Part shown: positions 49,321 to 62,310 of the stretch, one piece after another | How the letters are laid out: each line of letters starts with the position of its first letter | Numbering within the stretch: position 1 is the first letter of the stretch | NCBI GenBank assembly: GCA_030390025.1 | Contig: CM059429.1 | Span: forward strand, 34,100,001-34,164,000 | Length of the DNA: 64,000 nucleotides | DNA from: Squalus acanthias | Taxonomy: Eukaryota | Reading direction: 5' to 3' | The notes under the pieces: generated by a model | Database searches by the model: none | What the model was told of the DNA's origin: nothing | Seen by the model: the letters and a program-made list of their open reading frames with translations, nothing else | Program-made: the position numbers and the translations under genes

Positions 49321-52300
49321 CCTATTGAATAGCCACTTAATACTGTGGTTTCCTGGAGGCCCCACCCTATATTTGTGAAAAAACATTCCTGTTGCTGTAG
49401 TTTCCTCTCTGGGTGTGTGCTCTTATACTATATGCAAAGCAAGATAGTTGGGCATGCAGTTACTGACTTTCTGCCAATGATGTATTAGGATAAAGTTAAA
49501 GTCAGCATGAAGTATTCAACATTTTAGATGTGTTCTCTTCCTTAAAGTTGAGGTGTGCAAGAAATTAAGTGGCATTGGGAAATAAGAATTTGGGTTTTCA
49601 GAATATTGCTTGTAATAATCAACAGCGGTGTCTATTGGCATCCCCAGATGTCGCATCACCTCTTTAGGGTGGCTACCTAATGGAAAATGAAAATCTACTA
49701 TTACATTGCCTCTTAGAGATTAAAATGGTTATTAAAGCTGCAGTAATCCATAACCCTTATAAATCTAGCAATAAATGTCCTTGGTGGGGAAGGGGAGAGA
49801 AAAGGAGGTTGTTAAATTGCAAGCATGGCATCACTACAGTATTGAACAGATGCCTCTGCACTAACTTGCAAATAGATGGTTTGGAGAAACTAAACTGCAG
49901 TTTCAAAATTACAATTTGCAACAGAATTGTTATTTTAGACAATTGCCAAGATGGAAATATTTTGATTCCTCTTGTAAGAGGTTTATATTTTAGTATTTAA
50001 TTGAATTTGTTGGATGCAGATGATGAGGAAGAACTCTGTGGTAAATCTTTAGTGCTAGATTTTCTTGCATTTTAATTACTTTTTGGTATATCCAGGGCGG
50101 CCAAGGAAGGAAAATCTGGTATTGAAGCCTAGTGCTGAATCTCCACTCTAACAAAAAATTTAAATACTGGTCTCATTTTCTCAGCTAGCGGTGATCTAGA
50201 ATGTCTCCAATATTCTCCAACATGATTGTGGATCGGTTGGTTTGCCGCATGGCCCTATTTCCCTCTCTTCCCTCCCACTTCTGGTGCTAAAAAAAAAAGT
50301 TGAGGTGCTGGGGCTTGAGTGAGGTAGACTACAGGCAAAGACTGTTTAGATGCTGCAGGGTGTTGTAGGGGTGGCCTCTGTTATCCATACACCTTTGCAG
50401 ACTCGAGCAGAGCTTCTTTTACAAAACCACACTCCAATGCTTGAGAAAGCTGTTTTTCTCTTGAAATAGTAGGAATTAGCAATGGGCCCAGTTGATAAGG
50501 GAGACCCCCCCACCTAACTATGATCCAACCCAATGAATCCTGCCGTCAGGTTGCCCCTTTGGCTACAAATTCAACTCTTAAGTCAGTCTCTTGCGGATAT
50601 TTAGCTCTCGTCCACAACTACAAAGTTCCCAATTGAAAAATCTCCTGTGTGCTGGCCTCTTCTCTCTCTCCGCGCCGCGCCCCCCCCCCCCCCCCAACAC
50701 GCACACACCTTTACGTAAATCATTCCGCGCATATCCTGTGAAAATGACAATCCTTGAATTTGTGACCACTGTGTCTCCTTTTCGATGCCTGCTACAGTAT
50801 GCCCTTTTAATCAGAGCCTCCTACTTCGTGGTATGAGGTTCTGAGGTGGATGGCTAATGCTTTCCAGTGGCAGCCTTGGGGGGATTGAGGTTGCACTTCC
50901 TTGTTTTTGGTTGTGGTCAGTTTACCCTTTCTAGAGAAAAAAAGTCGAGAGCTTAAAGGTGCTCTGCCTGTTATGAAATAGAATACAATCCACATCTCAG
51001 AAATAATTCCTTAATGAAGGTAAAATCAAATGATGGCAACAAAATACTGGTCAGAAATCTTCCAATGCTTCCCTACTTGTTTGACTGCACCCTCTTCCTT
51101 CTCTTTTACTCAAAGTGTATTTGAAATCTATTGTACTTTACTAGTAAGTTGCAAGTAGTGTGTCACAGTGAAGGCAAGCCAGCTTAGTGCTGTAGCAGCA
51201 CTGAACTTTCCTTCTTTGAGCTGGCGTCCCTATAAGTGGTCACCAACAGTGCTGGAGATCCTTCTATGAATTATTAATGAGGTTCAAGGAAGATAATTGA
51301 ACTAAAAACAATGCTGGAAATACTCAGCAGGTCAGGCAGCATCTGTGGAGAGAGAAAGAGATAACGTCTAGTGCAAAGCGGATAAGGAAGAAAATTTAGA
51401 CCTTCGTTTCTATAAACATTTGCTATTGATCATAACTGTTATCGATGAGCTCACACTTCCAACACACAGGCTGCTGAGAACTATATAGTTGATGTTTAAT
51501 AGATTGCCAGTGGCTGACTTTAAAACTTCGCAAGCATTTAGGAAAGCAGGAAAGTTCTGAACTAGATAATCAGCCTGGTAAAGTTTTGCAAAGGGGCACA
51601 AATTGGGGCAATTGCTTTGGGTAAATGAAAACAAGTTGTAAAACTTAAATGATTAAACAGTTGGCGATGGACTTTCCAGAATTAATGGAGAGAGAAATCT
51701 GAATGTAATGAACCGTTTGTGGTTAAAGGGCAGGATAGTAACTGACTCAATGCAGTTATAGAAATGAATGCTGACAAGCAAATTGAAAGCTTGGCTGATA
51801 TTTTCATGCAGCAAGAACAGAAAACACAGTTGTTAAAATGAATTTGTCCAATTTTTTAAACTATTGAAGAGTAGGAAAGGATAAATAAAAAATGCTCTTG
51901 TATGCTTGTTAATATTATGACCCAATCCTTAAGCTACATCAGGTAAAACGTTAGTGTGGTTAGCGAGCATATTGACCCGTAAAGGTATGTTTTTAACAGC
52001 AATGTACCCATATAAGTGTGTACCATCTTAAAACATTGCCAAACATTTGTACCAAATTTCTCGTGTATCCTATTTCATTTGTTTCACAACCAAAATTAAA
52101 ATCTACATTTGAACAGTCTTTTACATAGTAACCCAAGTAAACACCCAATATGAATAAATGATGGACAAGGAGGGGGAAAATGAATGATCAAGAAAACTTG
52201 GCCGAAGAAGAATACATCAGAGTAGTTTTATCTTAAATGTAAGATGTTCGGTGCTATGTTTATGCTTCGAGTCAGTGATTTAGATTCAGTGTAGTACACC

Positions 52301-53948
52301 TAGCAACATTGAGCTGTCTGTTATATTGGCAAAATGGGCCAGATAGGTGGTGGTATGGAACTGGTACCTGAAATGGATCTGACAAACACTGGTATCGTTC
52401 AGAATGCATACAATTTTGCAAGTTAAATTTTGGCCTTTCTGACATGAAATGTAACGTCTCCATGACAGACTATGGATAATACCTTGGAATTTAAAGGGTT
52501 CTGTGCCATTGCAATTCCAAATTGTCATTTGAATTCAGATCAAGAACCTAGTCTGTTTCTTTTGGCGAGATCATTCAGTGTGCCAAATACATATTGAAGA
52601 AGTGTCTCTTTTTTCTAGCCCATTCTTGCATGGAAAAACTAACATCTTAATATTTTCCAGAATTCTTTTTCCCCTGAATTGGCCTAGGGATTTCTGTTTG
52701 TTTTTTTTGTCTCCCCCAAGAGATTACATGGCTGCCTGCGTGGGTGGGAGCATTGGGCGGCACGATGTTTAATTACAAACTGACAGTTTGGCACAGGCTC
52801 GATGGACCAGCTGGTCTGTCCTTGACTGATTTTTTGTGTGTTCATACAAGAGGAAATGAGCAACTTGTGCAAATTCAGTGCTGTGTATAAAAAGCAGTAT
52901 CTAATTGCATTTATATGGTGTTGCACTTTAGGATTCCTAAAACTGTGAGTGTCAGATACCAGCTGCTACAATATTTGATAGTTGTCCTACAGTAGCCTTA
53001 TGCACCAATCGACAATTTATTTTTAGGTTTACAAACTTAATACTTTCAGAACAACAAACCAAGTAAAACCACCGTGTCTATTTACTTTGTAATGTCAAAT
53101 CTCTGAAATAATTGGGACATTTTTTTAGTTTTAGTAGAGGTGTATCTGCCTGAAACATGGAGTGGGTTTGAAATGTAATGCACTTTTGCTGTAAAATTTT
53201 GCCAAAAAACAATAATTGCACATTTAGACCAGCAAGTGGTTTTCACAATACTGTTGAATGAGCTAATAGACTGCTATCAAATCTTCTCTCAAACAGTCTG
53301 TTAATTATTGAATCTGGTTCAATCTTTATCTATAGAGCATTTGGAAGTTGCTAGAATCTCCTAGCCTTACTTAGACTTCAAGTTCTTAGTTTTCCCCCTA
53401 AATTGGCCCCCCAAAAATTCTCTTGCCTCCCCCAGGAGATTGAACGGTTGGAATGGGGGATGTTGGTGTGCAGAAGTTGCACTATGCCAGGATGGGCAGG
53501 CTAGGGAGATGGTGGAAGCAGATAGTATTGATTCATTCAAATGCAAATTAGGTAGAGTTTTTCAGAAAATAATATATTGGGACACAATCTGAGCAATGAG
53601 ACATGACGTATGGTAATTATAGCACGCTTGAGACATGGTTGAGATAATATGAGACGGGTGACTTTGGACCTATGGTTCCCAAAGCTTTCCATCACTGGGG
53701 TTTTCTCGCCTCATGTCTGGGTCTGTTGTAGACTAATTGACAAATATTGATTGCTATGATTAGGCAACAACTCCTATTCTTGTATCATGCGACTAGCTGG
53801 ATGGTAGGTGAACTATATGGACTGTAACTGTTTTTCGAAATGTGAGAATAACCTAATTTCTTGGGCTGCATATACATCGGGTGTGCTAGCGGAGGCAAAT
53901 TCTGAGCCACCTTATATATGGCTGTGATAAATAGCATTGAGGCTTTTA

Positions 53949-54373
53949 CAGGAAACTTTCGTTTATCCGGCACCCAAATATCCGGAATTCTCGCTTAACC
54001 GGCAAAAATCATCCTCCGAAAACTCCTCTCAAATAACCGGCAATGTTGCCGAGCCACAGTCGAGTCTCCGCGAACGCCGAGTGCTCCGAAAACTCCTCTC
54101 AAATAACCGGCAATGTTGCCGATCCCGAGTCCGAGTCCGAGTCCGCGAACGCCGATTTAGTCAGTAGGGGTACTTTTCAAAAGTGCCACTACTCGGCCAC
54201 CTGGCGCTGTCGGAAGTCCGAAACACTGCAGAAGCAGGATTTGATTCTCCCGCGCTGCCTGGAGTCTCTTTGTTAAAGATAGCCTCGGTAGATATAACTC
54301 TCCGTTATCCGGTACTTTCGATAAACCGGCACCACGCCGGTCCCGTCGATGCCGGATAAACGAAAGTTTCCTG
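53949..54373. mobile_element. Tc1/mariner-pogo (Tigger-like) MITE, second family member
   Basis: Perfect 24-bp TIRs CAGGAAACTTTCGTTTATCCGGCA, TA flanks, and an internal ~39-bp direct duplication. Confidence 0.92.
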
Positions 54374-54375
54374 TA

Positions 54376-56203
54376 TTATCATTAAACCTGCTGACGAGGG
54401 TGGTGCTGTTTGGCAAACCGATCTCTACCGTGCGGAGGCTGACACCAACTCTCCGACACCACCTCCTACCTCCGCCTGGGCCATGACCCCACTAGCAAAC
54501 ATCAAGCCATTGTTTCCGAGACTGTCACTGACCTCATCTCCTCTGGAGATCTTCCTTCCATGGCCGCCAACCTCATAGTCCCGCACAGCCCGCTTCTACC
54601 TCCTTCCCAAGATCCACAAACAGGACTGCCCTGGTAGACCCATCGTTTCAGCCTGTTCTTGCCCCACGGAACTTATCTCTTCCTATCTCGACTCTTTTTT
54701 CTCCCCTTGTCCCGTCTCTTCCCACCTACATTCGCGACTCTTCCGACGCCCTCCGCCACTTTAACAGTTTCCAGTTTCCTGGCCCCAAACGTCTCCTTTT
54801 CACTGGACGTCCAATCCCTCTACACCTCCATCCCCCACCAGGACGGCCTGAGGGCGCTCCGCTTCTTCCTTGAACAGAGGCCCAACCAGTCCCCATCCAC
54901 CGCCACCCTCCTCTGCCTGGCTGAACTTGTTTTCACATTGAACAACTTCTCCTGACTCCACTCACTTCCTCCAAATTAAAGATGTTGCTATGGGAACCTG
55001 CATGGGCCCTAGCTATGCCTGCCTTTTCGTGGGATATGTGGAACATTCTTTGTTCTAGTCCTACTCGGGTCCCCTCCCTCACCTCTTTTTCCGGTACACT
55101 ATCAGTGCCGTTTCCTGCTCTCGCCCTGAACTAGAAAAGTTCATTCACTTTACTTCAAATTTCCACCTTTCCCTCACCTTCACATGGTCCATCTCCGACT
55201 CTTCTCTTCCCTTCCTTGACTTCTCTGTCTCCTTTTCTGGCAATCGGCCCACTTACACCTGGACTACACTTCCTGTAAGGACTCTATTCCATTCTCCCAG
55301 TTTCTCCGTCTCCGCCGCGTCTGTTCTGACGATGCCACCTTCCATACCAGTGCTTCCGACATGTCTTCCTTTTTCCTCAACCAAGGATTCCCCTCTACTG
55401 TGGTTGACACGGCCCTTGACCGTGTCCGTTCCATTTCCCGCATGTCTGCTCTCACCCCTTCCCCTCCCTCCCGGAACCACGATAGGGTTCCCCTTGTCTT
55501 CACCTTTCACCCCACCAGCCTCCACATTCAACGGATCATTTTCCGCCACCTCCAACATGATCCCACCACCAAACACATCTTCCCCTCACCTCCCCTTTCA
55601 GCATTCCGAAGGGACCGCTCCCTCCGCGACACCCTGGTCCACTCCTCAATCACCCCTAACAGCCCTTCCCCTTCGCCCGGCACCTTCCTGTGCAAGCACA
55701 GGAGATGCAACACCTGCCATTTTACCTCCTCCCTTCCCACTGTCCAGGGCCCCAAACACCCCTTACAGGTGAAACAGCGATTTACTTGTACTACTTGCAA
55801 TTTAGTATACTGTATTCGCTGCTCACGATGCGGTCTCCTCTACATTGGGGAGACCAAACGCAGATTGGGTGATCGCTTTGCGGAACACCTCTGTTCAGTC
55901 CGTAAGGGTGACCCTGAGCTTCCGGTCGCCTGTCACTTTAATTCCCTGCTCCACTCCCACTCTGATCTCTCCGTCCTCGGCCTCTTGCATTGTTCCAATG
56001 AAGCTCAACGTAAGCTCGAGGAACAGCACCTCATCTTTCGATTAGGCACTTTACAGCCTTCTGGACTCAACATTGAGTTCAACAATTTCAAACTATAACC
56101 CCTGCTCCCATTTTTCATGCTGTATGGTTTTGCCATCCCCATTTGCAACATTTTATCTTTCCTGCCTCTGACCTTACCATAGTATGTTCCTTCAATTCCT
56201 TCC

Positions 56204-56245
<42 letters not shown>

Positions 56246-56390
56246 CTCTGCACCTGCTTAATATCTGTTACATCTCCAGCTTTTTCCAGCTGTGATGAAC
56301 GGTCCTAGACCTGAAACGTTAACTCTTTCTCTCTCCATGGATGCTGCCCGGCCTGCTGAGTGTTTTCAGCATTTTCTGTTGTTATTTCAG
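54376..56390 (+). mobile_element. Penelope-like retroelement (RT plus GIY-YIG endonuclease), 5'-truncated and decayed
   Basis: IIKPAD(E)GGAV at the 5' end, [23 protein letters not shown] and VAMGTCMGPSYA RT motifs. ORF 55361-56098 contains VYCIRCSRCGLLYIGETKRRLGDRFAEH...LGTLQPSGLN (GIY-YIG). PLE terminal repeat at 56280-56390. Confidence 0.95.
56205..56242. repeat. Poly-C tract (38 nt) in the PLE 3' region
   Basis: Direct reading. Confidence 0.9.
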
Positions 56391-57213
56391 CATTAAGGCT
56401 TTGTCAGCAGCAAATAATGGCCGTATACATGGAAATTTCAAAAAATCAAGACAAACGCCTTCAATAGATTGAACATAAATTGCACAGCATTGGTGAGCCC
56501 AAGCACCTTATAAAGCAGGAACCAAGGGCCGACGGGAAGGAGGCTTTACATAGTCTGTTTCCAAAGAGCATATTGTGGAATGGGTCGTAGAATGCTCAAT
56601 AATGAATTGGTGTAACAGAATGATGTAAAAAAAAAAAAGTTGTAGACTTATAGGTAGCTACATAAAGCAGTCTCCATTGCTCTCAAACAATGTGTGAATA
56701 TCTGCTTAGCACAAGCTTGGTGTCTTTTTTTTCTAAACTGGTCTTATTACCTGTTTCTTGTACTGTACCTGTTTCGTACTGTCGTCCACTTTTTGTGTTG
56801 GATGGATAGAAATAAATGAGGAAATAAGTATATTTATTTATGGTATGGCTTTCATTCTTTGAAATTCACACTGCACATACAGAGCCCCCTCCCTTCTTTC
56901 CCTTCTGTTTCACTTTAACTTGAATTCTTGGAGATGGTTAAACTGGTTCTTTTTTCTTTGGTTCTATCCCTTGGTCTTACCTGCCAGTGTCTGTCAGAGC
57001 ATTGAAGGAAGGCCAAAGCAAGACCACTGATACAGTGGGGCGATCAAGCAAAGTGAAGTAAAGCTCTCAAACTAATAGATTCTTGATTCTTTCATTGGTG
57101 TCCTTTTGTGTGCAGGAGATGGGTCTTACTCAAACAATGAAGAGAACTATATTGAAGGAAGGAAGGAAGTTGCTTGTTTGACCTATCTATTTTGTGGATA
57201 TTTTACTTGTTAG

Positions 57214-57306
57214 ATCCGGATAAGGGATCCAAACCAGGGTGGAAAAGACATCACAGAAGAAATTATGTCTGGAGGAAGATCAGGCTCTACACCAACACCC
57301 CCACAG
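57214..57306 (+). CDS. EIF4G1: eIF4G1 coding exon, PABP-binding motif: [31 protein letters not shown]
   Basis: Carries the eIF4G signature [20 protein letters not shown]. Acceptor ttgttag|, 93 nt, GC donor CAG|GCAAGT. Confidence 0.97.
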
Positions 57307-58307
57307 GCAAGTAGTATGCTGGGTCCTTGCTCTTACTGCCCTAATTGCAGAAACTGGGTATGTTTGTTTTCCACTGTTCTGGCCTTATTTTACTTTTTTT
57401 AGTCTGTAGATGGTAGAAGCATTAAAAGCGTACTACAAACATAACTGGTGATGTTTGGCTGTGCACTGTTCAGTACCCCACATGCTATTATGCTTTTATT
57501 GACTTTAATGTATACAATCCTCAGACTGTGAATCAAATGTATATCTTTCCATTTTTGAAAAATATTCTGGCAAATCCTATCTTTTTTGATGATTGTGGAT
57601 TATGTGACAACTGTGATTTCTCGCACACTACATTACTGGCTGCATCCTCACAAAAGGCTTTGCTTTCTATAATTGTTCTTGATTTTGCTACATCATTTGC
57701 ATTGTTGCATAGTTGGAAATTTGTAGGTTATCACTTTGGATTTTGTTTTATTTTGCATTTGCCACTAACCACAAGGATAAGCCTTAGGTATGAGTAAGAA
57801 GAATTTTTGGGGTGGTGTTTCTTGAAGTTTGAGAACTGAGCTTTGGACTTTTCATTTACTCTCCCGCAAGTTGTCGCTTTGTTTTCCCATTTCCAGCTAA
57901 AACAATAATTCTGTCACCATCCACAACAGCAAACTGTTATGTAATACTTGCTCACTTTCTGAATTGCAATTTTTTAAACAAGCAATCATTAAATGAAAGT
58001 TGACTGTCTGCCCTTGCTTCCAGTTCCTCTGGCTAAAATAGGAACTGTGGTCATGTGCAGTGCCTTGCTCTTCTACAGATTTGAAGTGGGATGCTATTCT
58101 CAAGCAACACTGTTGCTAAGGGCAGGTTAAAGGAATCGCTGAGTCTTTTGAATTGACCTTTGCTAGCTTCCATTCTTGGTATCCTGTTCTGACCATGCCA
58201 GATACCATCCAGGCATTTCTCCTCACTATATTCCAGCCTTGGGCTTGCAGCATTCTGATCTACTAAAATGCCATTGGCATGGGTCATTCACTTTGGTCTT
58301 ATAAAGA

Positions 58308-58416
58308 TAAGAAAGGCTTGTATTTATATAGTGCCTTTCACGATCTTGGGTTGTCCCAAAGTGCTTTACAGCCAATGAAGTACTTTTTGAAGTGTAGTCA
58401 CTGTTGTAATGTAGGA
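58308..58416 (-). mobile_element. 3' tail of Deu-type SINE
   Basis: cttgtatttatatagtgcctttcacga...aagtactttttgaagtgtagtcactgttgtaatgtagga. Confidence 0.75.
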
Positions 58417-61400
58417 ATGGCACTTTGGTGTCATAGCTGTTAGCATCAAAAGAATCATGACTGTAATGCTAAGAAGTAAATATCCAAAAAGTCTGACCAT
58501 AGTCTTAATTGCAGGCCTCATTGTCCAGCTCTTCTGCTTTGGAACCTCCTGACGTTGACATTCAACAGGTTTGACACCTTCATGTTTAGGCATATGTCAG
58601 CAGACTGGCTAGCACTTAATGGCTCAACCAGAACACAGGAAGCTTCTCAGATTCCATGTCTATAGGAAGAGTCTCAGATTCCATGTCTGTTCCTAAGGTA
58701 CTTAACAAATGAGCCTCTCTGGCTGCCTCATTATGGGTTTAACAGCTCTGATGAGACAGAGTATTCTTCTTGGGGAAACTGATGTTCGCTAGTATTTGGT
58801 TCCCAGTGACGTTGGGGGGGGGCGGGAAACGTCATATTATCTACCCCAGGATTGATTCCTGCTGAAAGTACAATGCAAGCCTCTCTTTGTCTAATGAGTA
58901 ATTTGGATGGCTGTGGCATTTGAGGCATGGCATTGCTCGAGATCTCCAACTGAAGCCCTTCGCACAATGGACCTTTAATGTCCTCCTGTCAAAGCATGGA
59001 CAAGACCAAGCTTCAATTTTCAACTTCATTAGTAGTTTACAAATTGCATTCGGTCACATTGCAAGCTACAGCCAGCATCTTTGCATTGCACCGTCATACA
59101 TTTTGAGGCTGCTTACAAGTTGAATTCTGGTTATATGTATATGGACTCTATCAACCTGACAAAGCTGCTTGGGTTAAAAATGGTGCTCCTCATTCAGTAT
59201 TTAAAATATCAACCTTTCTATCAATTGGTCTGCTGAGTAGATAATATGGCAAGTCCTATTTTTCTCTCTCTTTCTACCACCCCCACCCTGGAAAAAAAAC
59301 CACATGGGTCAAGATGCTGCTATTTCTGCTCTTCCCCCTTTCATCCACCTGTTTTGAATTCTTGAATTACTACCTCACAGCAAAGGTCATGGCAGCACAT
59401 TTCTTGAGATGTTGACTCTTAAATGATGAAGGACTTGTTTGTAATTGAGATTTTAACGGTTGTATGAAAAGATTTTACTACAAAATATAATACTGTAATC
59501 AATTTGTAGTTTCTCCAATCCAGGTGTACATGTAACTGCTTTGAATTTAAACTTATAATTAAGATCACTGCATATCTACATGGCGGCAGCAGCAGTTTTC
59601 CACAGTTCCATATTGGAGATCCATACTGTGGGATCTGAACATGGTTTTATATAATCATTGTCTCAAGTTCCTGTGTGTGTGATCCAAGTCTCTGAGGAAA
59701 AACTTCTTTATGCTGATAGCCACAAGACGAATCGGGATGGGAGGAACCTGCAGGCAATAATGGCAGCGCAACTGTGTCCCTTGAATAAGTATAGCACAGC
59801 ATTGAGTGGCTTTTGGCCTTATTTCTTCCTTCAGTTAATGTCCTATGTACATGTAATTTGAGAGCTAGTTGGTTCCTTCATTTTAACCCCACCCCCTCAC
59901 TTTATAAGTTGGAATGACATTTCTTCTCATTGATGCTAAAGCTCAATGCCATCTGTGAACCAGACACTTTGCAAAAGTGAAGAATAATTGTTTCCTATGC
60001 AAATTGATCACTATTGCCAGTTAAGTGTGTTTTCTACTGTCAATTGAGAAGACTTGGAACCATTGAAGGTCATTTACTTCATTACGATGCAGTTTCTTGT
60101 ACTAACTTGAATATCTGTTGGGGGCTGGCACAAGCGGCAATAATTTTTAAAGCGAGATTTATATAAACTTTAAAGAATGGTCAAAGGTCCACTCTGAGGA
60201 AGTCTCCACTTAAAAATTGTAGTTGTTTCCAAAGGTTGCAAATAAAGAATGTCTACCTTTTAGAGATTCATGATTTGTCGTTTGAGTGTAAAGCAGCCTT
60301 CACACCTTGTACATTGTACCAGCTGCCCCTAGCTCTTTTCAGTCTATAGTTCAAAATTATTTTACAATCTTGGCTGTGCACGGGCATATGATACTTTGTC
60401 AGGGGAATTAACTTATCACTGTAAAAGTGTGCCTTTTGCAATTTGGAGAGTTGTAGGAGTTCCCCATAAATATCTTTTAGAAAAGTTTGTGGTATGCGGC
60501 GGATCATTTAAATGCAATGATTCTACTAGGTAATTTTTCTTCCCCCTTTCTCCATTATTGATTACATGTTGGAGATATAATGTAATGTGGGATGTCCAAG
60601 ACATGGCCTGTGGGCCCCATTATGCATTCCACAAAACCATGAGCTAATGATTTTCTGCTTGTGCACATACTTATTTTCCAGTTGGGTTAAAACATTTTGA
60701 ACTTGGTTAGCTTGGAAGATTGGACCTAGGCTTCTTTCATTAGTGAATTTAGACCAATGATGGAGCTATTTTTTATTATCAAATGGGGAGCAGCCTTTAC
60801 CCATCATCTAGGCCTGAGAAATTCAAAACCCTGCCACCAATGAAGAAACAGCAACTTCACAGGATGAGTGGTAGAGATTGCAGAGGAAGTAGCATCAACT
60901 CCAGTGGGCTAAGTTTGATAGCAGACAGCGGTGGAGAGCAGACCGAACAAGACCAGCACCAGCCAGCCAATTTTAGTATATGGTTTGATTTTTGTTAAGG
61001 GTGTCCTGAATTTTCTCAAGCGTGGGCATCTTTTTTGTCAATAGGGAACTGTATACACAGTGATACCAACATTGTCAAATCCTGTGATGTTTGGAATGAT
61101 ATTTTAGACTGCTGCTCCTCGTAAAAGTAGAATTTTTTTATTCAAAGGGAAAGCGATTGTGTTGGACATGGTGGTGTTACTCAATTCTGCCGGACTCAAA
61201 AGTGATATAATCAAATGTAGCCCTCTCCAGTTATGCTACGTGAGTGCCCTGCTTCAGTCAGGTGAACACCACTGCCAAAAGAAAACAGTAGAGAAACTGA
61301 AGGTAGTAATGGTGTCACAAAATGCTGGAGACAGGATTAAACCATTCGTCACTTGATAATATTAGGTTAGCGACTGTATGCCAAGCAGTGTTACCTATAG

Positions 61401-61621
61401 GTGGGTGTGGTAAGATTAGTCATGTGTACATGCTAAATTCAAATTGGTGCCAAGAGTTGCTTTAACATTATTGAAGTGTTCTGCCATCAAACTAGATAAA
61501 TTGGGTGTTTAGAAATGCAATGATACATTGAATTTCACAGTATGTATTTCTTATGGCAAATGTTCAGAACCCATGATTATCAGCAAAACCAAAAAGTTGA
61601 AATGTTGCTTAACCGTTCGAC

Positions 61622-62016
61622 CTGTGTTGTCCAATACATTAGCCACTAGCTGCATGTGGCTAATTGAGAATCCAACTGTGGCTAATTGCAATTATGATTA
61701 TCAGTAAAGGACACAGTCGGGTATCTCCATACTCCTATTCGCATAGCCTATGCATGTGTTAGGGCAACCTTTTTGTGTTTTGTTGGTAAAGTTATAAGAT
61801 GAAAAGCAGAGTGTGAATGTTTTTCAATCGTTGAGTACTTTACTTCCATGGTTACTGAATGATGGTAGGTGTTGGGTAAATATATGCATATGAAATGCAT
61901 TTACCTATATTGTGTGTTTGTAAGGGGTTTTCTACTAAAATTAGTGCATGTGGCTAAAATGGTGTCACCTGAGCTGCACCTGGTGGCTATTTAGCCATTT
62001 CTATTGGACAACATTG
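61622..62016. mobile_element. hAT-Charlie-type MITE (MER3/MER33-like)
   Basis: TIRs CTGTGTTGTCCAATA and TATTGGACAACATTG, repeated TAGCCA/TGGCTA subterminal motifs, degenerate 8-bp TSD cgttcgac/ctttagac. Confidence 0.8.
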
Positions 62017-62228
62017 CTTTAGACTGCTGGGTAGTTTTCATATGCAACTGTCTGCTGAATAATTTTAACCACCTAAATCTCTCAATTTAGTATCTTGTAT
62101 AAAATGACACAATCTTGAAGTTTTGACGCAAGACTAAATAACCCAGGCTGTATGTATAAATTGGGCATTGAAAATATTGAGATTGTGGATTTGCCCTATA
62201 CCAATCAGCTGTCCTTTCCATTCAACAG

Positions 62229-62310
62229 TCTGCAGGAAGCTTGGAGGGAGGTGGTGCCGTACAGGCTAATGGGGAAAATCCTCATCCAGTGCCAGTCGTC
62301 ATCCGACCAG
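62229..62310 (+). CDS. EIF4G1: eIF4G1 coding exon: SAGSLEGGGAVQANGENPHPVPVVIRP(D)
   Basis: Acceptor ccattcaacag|, donor CAG|GTAAGT, 82 nt, phase 0/1. Similar to human GLEPQANGETPQVAVIVRP. Confidence 0.95.

Noticed and set aside
55361-56098. 245-aa GIY-YIG ORF as a domesticated nuclease gene
   Set aside because: It is the C-terminal part of a Penelope ORF whose RT region has stops, deletions and frameshifts; no independent promoter or splice evidence.
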